Below, in pieces: positions 1 to 8,682 of a DNA stretch of 23,394 bases (position 1 is the first letter of the stretch; every line of letters begins with the position of its first letter). Below the pieces are notes generated by a model. That model was not told where the DNA came from, made no database searches, and worked only from the letters and a program-made list of their open reading frames with translations. This DNA is from an uncultured Fidelibacterota bacterium. Its GTDB lineage: Bacteria > Fidelibacterota > Marinisomatia > Marinisomatales > UBA1611. The translations under genes were made by a program, and so were the position numbers. Location: the NCBI GenBank assembly GCA_913040915.1, contig CAJWHW010000029.1:1-23394 (forward strand), in the 5' to 3' direction.

Positions 1-1
1 C

Positions 2-325
2 GCTTATCTTACTGCTCAATTTATTGATATTCGCGTTTTTCATTTCTGGAAAAACTTAACGAAGGGGAAACATCTCTGGCTTAGAAATAACGGTTCAACC
101 ATAGTAAGTCAATTGGTGGATACAGCTACAGTTTTATTATTATTATGTTTTGCAGGTGCTATTGAATGGAGCCGTTTTTGGATTCTTCTTGAAAATGGAT
201 TTCTATTTAAAGTTATAGTAGCCATAATTGATACACCTATTATTTATGCTGTGATTTATGCATTAAAAGGTAAAATAGATATTGCACCCTACCAAGAAGG
301 ATTGACTAATGAAGGATCTAAATAA
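2..325 (+). CDS. yhhQ: Queuosine precursor transporter (YhhQ/VUT family), 5'-truncated by the window edge
   Basis: The frame of the listed 113..325 ORF is open from base 2: [42 protein letters not shown]...[14 protein letters not shown]. The Q-x-x-D, WLRNNGST and SQLVDT motifs are typical of YhhQ. The 3' end overlaps folE. Confidence 0.9.
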   Translation, partial: AYLTAQFIDIRVFHFWKNLTKGKHLWLRNNGSTIVSQLVDTATVLLLLCFAGAIEWSRFWILLENGFLFKVIVAIIDTPIIYAVIYALKGKIDIAPYQEGLTNEGSK

Positions 326-869
326 TCTAGAGCAATTAACCCATTCCTTATTGGAAGAAATAGGTGAAAATCCAAAAAGAGAAGGATTATTAAAAACACC
401 GGCACGTGTAGCGAAAGCATGGGAATTTTTTTCCAAGGGTTATAATCAGAATTTAGACGAGGTAATTAATAATGCAATTTTCTGTGAAGATGCAAAAGAT
501 ATGGTGATTGTAAGAGATATAGAATTTTTTTCTTTATGTGAACATCACTTATTACCATTTTTTGGAAAAGCGCATGTTGGTTATATACCGAATGGTAAAG
601 TAATAGGCCTTTCAAAAATTCCGCGCATAATTGATATGTTTTCGAGGCGTCTGCAAGTTCAAGAGCGCCTCACTCATCAAGTTGCAGAAGCCATACAGGA
701 AGTATTAAATCCATTAGGTGTAGCAGTAGTTATGGAAGGTATTCATATGTGTATGCAAATGAGAGGTGTAGAGAAACAAAACAGCTTTGCATCTACCAGT
801 TCCATGTTGGGATTATTCAGAAAATCCGCTGAAACACGGACAGAATTCCTAAGTATTACAAGCAAATGA
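309..869 (+). CDS. folE: GTP cyclohydrolase I
   Basis: [22 protein letters not shown] (Zn ligands), [24 protein letters not shown]. Confidence 0.97.
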   Translation: MKDLNNLEQLTHSLLEEIGENPKREGLLKTPARVAKAWEFFSKGYNQNLDEVINNAIFCEDAKDMVIVRDIEFFSLCEHHLLPFFGKAHVGYIPNGKVIGLSKIPRIIDMFSRRLQVQERLTHQVAEAIQEVLNPLGVAVVMEGIHMCMQMRGVEKQNSFASTSSMLGLFRKSAETRTEFLSITSK

Positions 870-882
870 AAATCTAAAATTT

Positions 883-2271
883 ATGGATAAGTTTGATTTA
901 GCTGTTTTAGGTGGTGGCCCTGGTGGATATGTAGCAGCCATTCGGGGTGCACAGTTAGGTCTCAAAACTTGTGTGATCGATCAAGATAAATTAGGTGGTA
1001 TTTGTTTGAATTGGGGATGTATCCCAACTAAGGTATTGCTTAAGAATGCTGAAGTATACCACCACATCAAGCATGCTGATATATATGGCATTAATGTAAA
1101 AAATATATCGGTTGATTTTAAAAAAAATATCAAACGTAGCAGAGATGTTTCTAATCGGTTGAGTAAGGGTATCGAATTTTTAATGAAAAAAAATAAGATA
1201 ACTCACATAGTTGGAACAGGGAAACTCACATCTAATACTACCCTTGAAGTAATGAACAGTAATAAAAAGGAAACCATTCAAACGGAAAAGATTATTATTG
1301 CAACAGGGGCAAGTCCACGGAGATTTCCTGGGATGGAAATTGATGGAAAACGTATTATTGGTTCCAAAGAAGCTATGGTATTAACAACACCGCCTAAAAA
1401 GATGATTATTATTGGGTCAGGTGCCATTGGCATTGAATTCTCCTATTATTTTAATGAATTTGGTACTGAAGTTCATTTGGTTGAAATGATGGATCGCGTT
1501 TTACCTTTAGAGGATATAGATGTTTCTCAAGAAATACAAAAAAGTTTTAAACGAGCAGGTATTCAAATTTCGACCCGAATCAAAGTTTTGAAAATTGAAA
1601 GTCTAAAAACAAAAGTAAAGGTCTACACCAAAAAAAATGGAAAGGAAAAAATTTTGGAAGCAGATGTGGCATTAATGGCTGTTGGTGTAAAAGGAAATAT
1701 AGAAAATATCGGATTGGAAGATTTGGGCATCAAAACAGATCATGGTGCAATTATGATTAATGAATTCAATCAAACAAATATTCAAAATATCTATGCCATT
1801 GGCGATGTGACGGGACCCCCATGGCTAGCTCATGTTGCATCGGCTCAAGGACATGTGGCAGCAGAACATGCTAAAGGAAATAATATTAAACCTGTTGATT
1901 ATACTAATATTCCCGGATGTACCTACTGCCAACCACAAGTAGGTTCTCTTGGACTTACGGAAGCTCAAGCAATAAAAGCAGGCCACGTAGTTAAAATAGG
2001 AAAATTTTTATTCCAGGCCAGTGGCAAAGCTATGGCTATTGGGAATACTTCAGGGTTTATAAAACTGGTATTTGATGCTAAATATGGTGAATTATTAGGA
2101 GCTCATATTGTTGGAGAAGGAGCAACAGAGCTTATTGGTGAGTTGAGTATGGCAAAAGCATTGGAAACAACTTGGGAAGATATTGCTATGACAATTCATG
2201 CACACCCAACCTTATCTGAAGCCATCATGGAAGCAGCTTTAGATGCATTTGGTGCTCCAATTCATCAGTAA
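883..2271 (+). CDS. lpdA: Dihydrolipoyl dehydrogenase (E3)
   Basis: GGGPGGY FAD motif, GGICLNWGCIPTK redox disulfide, GSGAIG NAD motif, C-terminal HAHPTLSE. Confidence 0.97.
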   Translation: MDKFDLAVLGGGPGGYVAAIRGAQLGLKTCVIDQDKLGGICLNWGCIPTKVLLKNAEVYHHIKHADIYGINVKNISVDFKKNIKRSRDVSNRLSKGIEFLMKKNKITHIVGTGKLTSNTTLEVMNSNKKETIQTEKIIIATGASPRRFPGMEIDGKRIIGSKEAMVLTTPPKKMIIIGSGAIGIEFSYYFNEFGTEVHLVEMMDRVLPLEDIDVSQEIQKSFKRAGIQISTRIKVLKIESLKTKVKVYTKKNGKEKILEADVALMAVGVKGNIENIGLEDLGIKTDHGAIMINEFNQTNIQNIYAIGDVTGPPWLAHVASAQGHVAAEHAKGNNIKPVDYTNIPGCTYCQPQVGSLGLTEAQAIKAGHVVKIGKFLFQASGKAMAIGNTSGFIKLVFDAKYGELLGAHIVGEGATELIGELSMAKALETTWEDIAMTIHAHPTLSEAIMEAALDAFGAPIHQ

Positions 2272-2275
2272 TAAA

Positions 2276-2300
2276 CAAATATTAAGACTATTAATATTTG
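2276..2300. repeat. Perfect 10-bp inverted repeat between lpdA and lipB
   Basis: CAAATATTAA-gacta-TTAATATTTG; the arms are exact reverse complements. Function unknown. Confidence 0.6.
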
Positions 2301-2311
2301 AAAGATAAAAA

Positions 2312-2959
2312 ATGATAACGACAGCTAAACAAGATATTATTGTAAAAGATTTAGGATATTGTTCCTATCAAAGCGCATGGGACTTCCAAAAAAAGATGCA
2401 TCAAAGACGCATTGATGGTGAAATTGATGATACGTTAATCCTTGTCGAACATGAGCCTGTTTATACATTGGGTAAAAATGCTGATGAGAATCATTTACTT
2501 CAAAGCAGAGATGATTCGATAGATGTATTTTATATCGAGCGGGGTGGTGATATTACATTTCATGGACCTGGGCAGATAGTGGGTTATCCCATTATAGATT
2601 TATCTAATTATCAAAAAAGTGTGACCTGGTATATGAGAACTCTGGAACAATTACTTATTAATGTTTTAGATCAATTTAGAATTATTGCAAAAAGGATTGA
2701 AGGATTGACGGGTGTCTGGGTCGATGATGAAAAAATTGGAGCGCAAGGTGTTCGTATCAGTCGGTGGGTTACCATGCATGGATTTGCTCTAAATGTTAAT
2801 CCTGATCTATCCTTTTACGAAGGTATTATTCCCTGCGGAATCTTTGATCATGGTGTAACATCTATGGAAAACGTATTAGGGAAAAAACAAGATATCAATC
2901 TTGTAAAAGATATTGTTATTGAAACATTTAATCACTCTTTCATAAAGGAAAGATATTAA
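2312..2959 (+). CDS. lipB: Octanoyltransferase LipB
   Basis: EHEPVYTLG, RGGDITFHGPGQ, KIGAQG, HGFALNV, IIPCG (catalytic Cys). Confidence 0.96.
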   Translation: MITTAKQDIIVKDLGYCSYQSAWDFQKKMHQRRIDGEIDDTLILVEHEPVYTLGKNADENHLLQSRDDSIDVFYIERGGDITFHGPGQIVGYPIIDLSNYQKSVTWYMRTLEQLLINVLDQFRIIAKRIEGLTGVWVDDEKIGAQGVRISRWVTMHGFALNVNPDLSFYEGIIPCGIFDHGVTSMENVLGKKQDINLVKDIVIETFNHSFIKERY

Positions 2960-4962
2960 TGGCTCGTCTCCACGGTTTTACAAAAAGACAAATATTAGAT
3001 ATTTATTCAAAAATGGCATTATCCCGTCGTTTGGATGAAAAAATGCTAATTCTTTTAAAACAGGGTAAAAGTTTTTTTCATATGGGCGCATCTGGACATG
3101 AAGCAGCACAGTTGGCTGCTGCTACTGCTTTACGTCCTGGTGAAGATTGGGCATTCCCTTATTATCGTGAAGCAGCATTTTGTATTGGTCTAGGTATGAC
3201 AAGTCGAGAGCAACTTTTGTCCTTTTTAGCAAAAGCAGATGACCCAAACTCTGGTGGTCGACAAATGCCCCAACATTATGGTCATAAAGATCTTAGAATA
3301 ATAAGTCAATCAAGCCCAACAGGTACACAGTATTTACAAGCAGTTGGCTGTGCTTTAGCTAGGAAAATGGATAAAACTAAAGAGTTGGTTTACGTATCAT
3401 CGGGTGAAGGCACAACTAGTCAGGGAGACTTTCACGAAGCTTTGAATTGGGCAAGTAACGCTAAAGCCCCTGTGATATTTCACATCCAAGATAATGAATA
3501 TGCCATTTCTACTCATAAATCGGAACAAACAGCTGATTCAGTTTACGCAATGACCGCGGGGTATAAAAATTTATCTCGCTATGATGTGGATGGAACAAAT
3601 TTTTTTGAAACTAATCTTGCGTTTAAACAAGCTGTAGAGCGTGCTCGCAAAGGTAAAGGTCCAACGTTAGTAGTATCAAATGTTGTAAGACTATTGCCAC
3701 ATTCCAGCTCAGATGATCAACGTAAATACAGAACAGAAGATGATTTGGCAAAAGATTTAAAGCGAGACCCCTTAACTGTTCTAGAAGATGAGTGTATTAA
3801 ACAAAAATTTATTACAGAAAAAGAGTTTGAAAAAATAATACAAAATATTGAATTACAAGTAGACGAAGAAACAGAATGGGCGGAAAAGCAAGAGCATCCT
3901 CTACCGGAAACGGCATTAGATCATATTTATAGTGATGATAACCAAATTGATGAACCAGATTTTGATACGATTGCAGATAAGGTAGTGATTGTAGATGCTA
4001 TTAATCATGCGCTAAAAGAAGAAATGGAAAGAAACGATAAAATGGTTATATATGGTCAGGATATTGCTGATCCAAAAGGCGGTGTTTTTACGGCTACAAA
4101 AGGTTTGAGTGATATGTTCGGGAATGATCGTGTTTTTAATTCACCTTTAGCAGAATCATCCATTGTTGGCACTGCGGTTGGAATGGCGTTGACAGGATAC
4201 AAACCTGTAGTGGAAATTCAATTTGGAGATTATATCTGGACAGCTATGATGCAACTACGAAATGAAGTAGCAACTATGCGATATAGATCAAATAATTCTT
4301 GGGCATGCCCATTGGTCACTCGTGTACCTGTTGGAGGTTATATTCATGGTGCAATATATCATAGTCAGTCTATTGATGGCTATTTTATACATATGCCTGG
4401 AATTTATATTGCATATCCATCGAATGCTGCAGATGCGAAAGGTTTATTGAAAATGGCATGCCGTATGAATGACCCTGTAATATTTATGGAGCATAAGGGA
4501 TTATATCGTCAAGGCTATGCAGCAACAGAAGAGCCAGGGCCTAATTATGTATTACCATTTGGGAGAGCACGTATCTTAGCTGAGGGAGATAATTTAACTA
4601 TTATTACCTGGGGCGCTATGGTTCAAAAATCTGTAGAAGGAATTAAACTATTGGAGTTACCGGAAGGGACAGTAGAAATTATCGATTTGAGAACATTAAA
4701 TCCATTGGACTTAAACACGATTGAAACTTCTTTATCTAAAACAGGGAAAGCATTGGTCATATATGAAGACAATTTAACAAATGGACCAGGAGCAGAAATT
4801 TCGGCATTAATAGCAGATAAATATTTTGAACTATTGGATGGCCCGATTAGAAGAGTTGCTGCAAAAGATTCACCAATACCATACAATTGGTTTTTGGAAG
4901 AAAAAGTTTTACCCCAGACAGAAGATATTGCCGCAGCAATTGAAGAGCTTTTGGAGTATTAA
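2959..4962 (+). CDS. 2-oxoacid dehydrogenase E1, alpha/beta fused (probably branched-chain 2-oxoacid dehydrogenase)
   Basis: Alpha part: GHEA, PYYR, SGGRQMPQHY, TPP motif GEG...DN, HSSSDD. Beta part: GGVF, FNSPLAE, EIQF, HSQS, DPVIFMEHKGLY, IIDLRTLNPLD. The GEG variant and GRQMP favour the branched-chain type; substrate not proven. Confidence 0.9.
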   Translation: MARLHGFTKRQILDIYSKMALSRRLDEKMLILLKQGKSFFHMGASGHEAAQLAAATALRPGEDWAFPYYREAAFCIGLGMTSREQLLSFLAKADDPNSGGRQMPQHYGHKDLRIISQSSPTGTQYLQAVGCALARKMDKTKELVYVSSGEGTTSQGDFHEALNWASNAKAPVIFHIQDNEYAISTHKSEQTADSVYAMTAGYKNLSRYDVDGTNFFETNLAFKQAVERARKGKGPTLVVSNVVRLLPHSSSDDQRKYRTEDDLAKDLKRDPLTVLEDECIKQKFITEKEFEKIIQNIELQVDEETEWAEKQEHPLPETALDHIYSDDNQIDEPDFDTIADKVVIVDAINHALKEEMERNDKMVIYGQDIADPKGGVFTATKGLSDMFGNDRVFNSPLAESSIVGTAVGMALTGYKPVVEIQFGDYIWTAMMQLRNEVATMRYRSNNSWACPLVTRVPVGGYIHGAIYHSQSIDGYFIHMPGIYIAYPSNAADAKGLLKMACRMNDPVIFMEHKGLYRQGYAATEEPGPNYVLPFGRARILAEGDNLTIITWGAMVQKSVEGIKLLELPEGTVEIIDLRTLNPLDLNTIETSLSKTGKALVIYEDNLTNGPGAEISALIADKYFELLDGPIRRVAAKDSPIPYNWFLEEKVLPQTEDIAAAIEELLEY

Positions 4963-6249
4963 ATGATCGTTGATATTGTAATGCCGAAAATGGGCGAATC
5001 AATTACAGAAGGTACCATTCTGGAATGGCGTAAATCAATAGGCGACACAGTTGAATTAGATGAAATATTATTAGAAATAGGTACTGATAAAGTTGATTCA
5101 GAAATTCCATCATCTGCTGCAGGAGTAGTAATAGAAATTTTAGCTGAACCAAATGATGTAAAAGAAGTTGGTAAAGTGATTGCTCGAATTGATACAAGCG
5201 GCGATAGGGTACCTATTGAAACAGAAACAATAACTGAGACATCTGATCAATCGATTAAGTCTAAGGAAGATACAACCCTGAAAACTCAAATGAGTCAACC
5301 AAATTTATCTATTTCTACCGAAAAGATATTTTATACTCCAGTAGTGATGAAAATTGCAGCTGAACAAGGATTACCCTTAAGTGAACTAGAACAAATTATG
5401 GGTTCAGGTAGAGGTGGTCGCGTAACTAAAAAAGATGTCCTTGCTTACCTTGAAGAAAAAGTCAATAAACTAAATCAACAACCTTTTAGTGCACCTGCGA
5501 CTGATAAATCAATCTCAACATCTGTCATTCAATCCAAAGCTAAGGCGGGGAAAACTGAAGAAATTCATCATATGAGAAAAACGATTGCGGACAATATGAA
5601 AACCAGTATTGAAACTTCGGCTCATGTGTATGTTATGACCGAGGTAGATATGACCCGTATCGTTGAGTATGTCAAACTAAAGGAAAACGAATTTGATATA
5701 AAGGAAGGATTCAAATTAACGTACACTCCATTTGTGGTGGATGCGGTGATAAAAGCATTACATGATTTCCCCGAAATGAATGCATCCTTAAAAGGAACAT
5801 CAATTACATATCATAAAAATATTAATGTTGGCATTGCAGTAGCAATTGAAAATGGATTAATGGTCCCAAGCATATTTAATTGTGAAGAGAAGAATTTCTT
5901 AGGTTTATGCCGTTCCATAAATGATGTCGCCACTAGGGCAAGGAGTAAACAGATTTCCCCAGATGAATTATCTGGTTCAACATTCACTATTTCTAATTTT
6001 GGAATATTTGGCGTTACTATAGGGACTCCGATTATTAACCAACCTAATGTGGGTATACTTGGTATTGGTGCTATAAAAAAACAACCAGTTGTAATTCAAT
6101 CAACGGATGGTGACGCCATTGCCATTAGGAGTATGGTAATGTTATCACTGGGTTTTGATCATCGATTGATAGATGGTGCTGGAGGAGCTCAATTTATAGA
6201 ACGCATTAGATATTTTCTGGAAACCATGAATTTGGAAATTATATTGTAA
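4963..6249 (+). CDS. Dihydrolipoamide acyltransferase (E2)
   Basis: Single lipoyl domain (MPKMGESITEG...TDKVDSE), E3-binding domain (GSGRGGRVTKKD), catalytic DHRLIDG. Confidence 0.95.
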   Translation: MIVDIVMPKMGESITEGTILEWRKSIGDTVELDEILLEIGTDKVDSEIPSSAAGVVIEILAEPNDVKEVGKVIARIDTSGDRVPIETETITETSDQSIKSKEDTTLKTQMSQPNLSISTEKIFYTPVVMKIAAEQGLPLSELEQIMGSGRGGRVTKKDVLAYLEEKVNKLNQQPFSAPATDKSISTSVIQSKAKAGKTEEIHHMRKTIADNMKTSIETSAHVYVMTEVDMTRIVEYVKLKENEFDIKEGFKLTYTPFVVDAVIKALHDFPEMNASLKGTSITYHKNINVGIAVAIENGLMVPSIFNCEEKNFLGLCRSINDVATRARSKQISPDELSGSTFTISNFGIFGVTIGTPIINQPNVGILGIGAIKKQPVVIQSTDGDAIAIRSMVMLSLGFDHRLIDGAGGAQFIERIRYFLETMNLEIIL

Positions 6250-7076
6250 TGGCTATTGATCACGTTTTAAAATTGTATTCAGAGACCATTCGATCTTCTT
6301 ACCTCCATTATGGATTTTGGGATAAACCTTCTTCCGTGGATTTAGATGCTATTACACTTGCTGATTTAAAAAGAGCACAGGAAAGATATATTGTCCATTT
6401 GGCATCTTTTATCCCTGAAAATGTTTTATCCATTTTAGATGTTGGGTGTGGCATAGGTGGAAACGCTTCCTATTTATTAAATAAAGGATTTCAGGTTGAA
6501 ACTTTATCTCCAGATCAATATCAAAAAATGATAATTAAAGAAAAGTTCAATGGAGACATGGTTTTCCATCATTGCAAATTTGAGTCTTTCACACCAACCA
6601 AAACGTATGATCTTATCTTACAAAGTGAAAGTACCTGTTACATCAAGATTGACTTGGGATTTGAAAAAGCTAAACAAGCACTTCCAGATGGGGGCTACTT
6701 ATTAGCATCAGATTATTTTGTTCATTACAGAGACGGATCTAAAAATCCGCATTTGAAATCTGCCCATGACCTTGAAACTTATTTACAAGCGGCAGAAGAA
6801 TATGGATTTGAAATAGTAAAGGAATATGATCAAACTGAAAATACCATGCCTACTTTAGATTACGGCCGCTACTTTTTTGAAAGATTTATCCAACCGACTT
6901 TTACTTATGGGTTGTACTCTGCAAAAAAGAATTATCCAAAAACATTATCTATGGTTCAAAAGTTAGTTGAGCCAAAATTGAAAAAAAAGATGACTCAGTT
7001 GGAATTAATTAATAGCGATCAATTTCGAAAATTTAGAAAATATATGATTTTCTTATTTCAAAAGAAAAATGCCTAA
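6249..7076 (+). CDS. Class I SAM-dependent methyltransferase (sterol/tocopherol/small-molecule MT-like)
   Basis: LHYGFW, motif I ILDVGCGIGG, YDLILQSES, LPDGGYLLASD. Overlaps the E2 stop (TAATG) and the lipA start. Confidence 0.85.
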   Translation: MAIDHVLKLYSETIRSSYLHYGFWDKPSSVDLDAITLADLKRAQERYIVHLASFIPENVLSILDVGCGIGGNASYLLNKGFQVETLSPDQYQKMIIKEKFNGDMVFHHCKFESFTPTKTYDLILQSESTCYIKIDLGFEKAKQALPDGGYLLASDYFVHYRDGSKNPHLKSAHDLETYLQAAEEYGFEIVKEYDQTENTMPTLDYGRYFFERFIQPTFTYGLYSAKKNYPKTLSMVQKLVEPKLKKKMTQLELINSDQFRKFRKYMIFLFQKKNA

Positions 7077-7938
7077 TACGATTGAAAAACCATTTAAACC
7101 AAAAATTCGTCTCAAGATGACTGATGGTTACAAGTTTGTCAATGACGTGGTGCAAATGAATAAACTAAATACTGTCTGTGAAGAAGCAAGATGTCCAAAT
7201 ATTTATGAATGTTGGGATCGACGTACAGCCACGATTATGATTTTAGGAGATGTCTGTACTCGAGCATGTGGATTCTGCTCGGTTATAACGGGTAAACCGA
7301 GCTGGGATGATCCGATGGAACCATTTCGGACTGCTATGGCTGTAAAGAAAATGAACTTACGTCATGTTGTAATTACTTCTGTGGACCGAGATGATATAAA
7401 AGATGATTATGGAGCCACTATCTGGGCTGAAACAATCTGCCAGATTCATGAATATATACCAGCATGTACTATTGAAGTATTAACACCTGATTTTAAGGGT
7501 TATAAACCTGCTTTAAGAAAAGTATTTGAAGCAGAACCAGATATTTATTCACATAATATTGAGTGTGTTGAACGCATTAGCAAACAGGTGAGAAGCCAGG
7601 CTAATTGGAATAGGAGTTTGGATGTACTAGCTTTTTCTGTTAGCAAAGGTCTCAGAACAAAAACAGGAATGATGGTCGGCTTAGGTGAAACAAATGATGA
7701 AATCATTTCAACGATGAAGCAATTAAGAGAAATCGGTGTGAGTATTTTTACAATTGGGCAATATTTACAACCTACAAAGAACCATTTAAAGGTTGAAAGA
7801 TATGTTTCTGATGAAGAATTTTTATATTATAGGCAATCAGGTTTAGAGTTAGGCTTTGATATAGTCGAATCGGGCTCCCTTGTTAGAAGTTCTTACCATG
7901 CAGATGAACAGGCAAGATTGGTAATGGAGGGAAATTGA
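7069..7938 (+). CDS. lipA: Lipoyl synthase
   Basis: CEEARCPNIYEC (CX4CX5C), CTRACGFC radical-SAM motif, C-terminal RSSY. Confidence 0.97.
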   Translation: MPNTIEKPFKPKIRLKMTDGYKFVNDVVQMNKLNTVCEEARCPNIYECWDRRTATIMILGDVCTRACGFCSVITGKPSWDDPMEPFRTAMAVKKMNLRHVVITSVDRDDIKDDYGATIWAETICQIHEYIPACTIEVLTPDFKGYKPALRKVFEAEPDIYSHNIECVERISKQVRSQANWNRSLDVLAFSVSKGLRTKTGMMVGLGETNDEIISTMKQLREIGVSIFTIGQYLQPTKNHLKVERYVSDEEFLYYRQSGLELGFDIVESGSLVRSSYHADEQARLVMEGN

Positions 7939-8570
7939 ATCAAAAACTTTTAATTATTTTCATAGCAATGTTCATCGGTGGTTTCTTAGGAATTTATATT
8001 ATTGGTGAAGAATCAAAAACCACTAATAATTTCGATTCTAGTATTGAGCATGATCCTAAAACACAAGTTGTTAATAGGGGAGAGTCAAGAATTACCTTAA
8101 ACCATGGATTTGAACAAATTGGCCAACTGCAAGGTTTGATTCCGGAAAATTGGAAAAGGGAAACTCCATCAAATTCAATGAGAATTGCACAATACTTATT
8201 ACCCGGAAATTACGGGAATGGAGAACTTGTGGTTTTCTCAGGAATTGGTGGTAGTGTAGATGCAAATTTGGAAAGGTGGTATAGCCAATTTAAAAATGAA
8301 AATGGAACTCCTGTTTCGGATGGCGCAAAGAAATCCTATTTTCGTAATAATGATATGGAAATTACTCTTTCATTCGTAGAAGGGACTTATATTAAATCAT
8401 CTATGGGAATGGGAGGTCCAACAACTGAAATTCCAGATTATGCCATGATGGCAGCAATTTTACTAACTAAATTTGGACCTTATTTTTTTAAGTTGACTGG
8501 TCCTGTCCAAACTATAAATGAACATAAAATTGTATTCGAAAAATTCATTAATAGTATTGAAGAAATATAA
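7935..8570 (+). CDS. Conserved hypothetical membrane-anchored protein
   Basis: TTG start overlapping the lipA stop, with GGAGG upstream. N-terminal hydrophobic helix. PENW...MRIAQY...GGSVDANLERWYSQF...GPYFFKLTGP is a pattern I recall from uncharacterised proteins, e.g. in Planctomycetes. Confidence 0.75.
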   Translation: MNQKLLIIFIAMFIGGFLGIYIIGEESKTTNNFDSSIEHDPKTQVVNRGESRITLNHGFEQIGQLQGLIPENWKRETPSNSMRIAQYLLPGNYGNGELVVFSGIGGSVDANLERWYSQFKNENGTPVSDGAKKSYFRNNDMEITLSFVEGTYIKSSMGMGGPTTEIPDYAMMAAILLTKFGPYFFKLTGPVQTINEHKIVFEKFINSIEEI

Positions 8571-8629
8571 ACTACGTCATAGTTGCAGAGAAAAACTGAA
8601 AATTTAGACGAATCAACATCTCTATCCTT

Positions 8630-8646
8630 TTGGCATAATCCTTGTA
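8630..8646 (+). promoter_or_regulatory. Putative sigma54 (-24/-12)-like promoter of lon
   Basis: TTGGCATAATCCTTGTA versus consensus YTGGCACRNNNNTTGCW. GG-N10 spacing is correct, but -12 is GT instead of GC. Lies about 36 nt upstream of the lon ATG. Confidence 0.5.
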
Positions 8647-8682
8647 ACTTCAAATAAATAAATTATTTTTTAAGGGACGAAC

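Noticed and set aside
4960..4965. In-frame E1-E2 fusion through TAA-ATG
   Set aside because: Both proteins have normal termini; this is ordinary tight packing.
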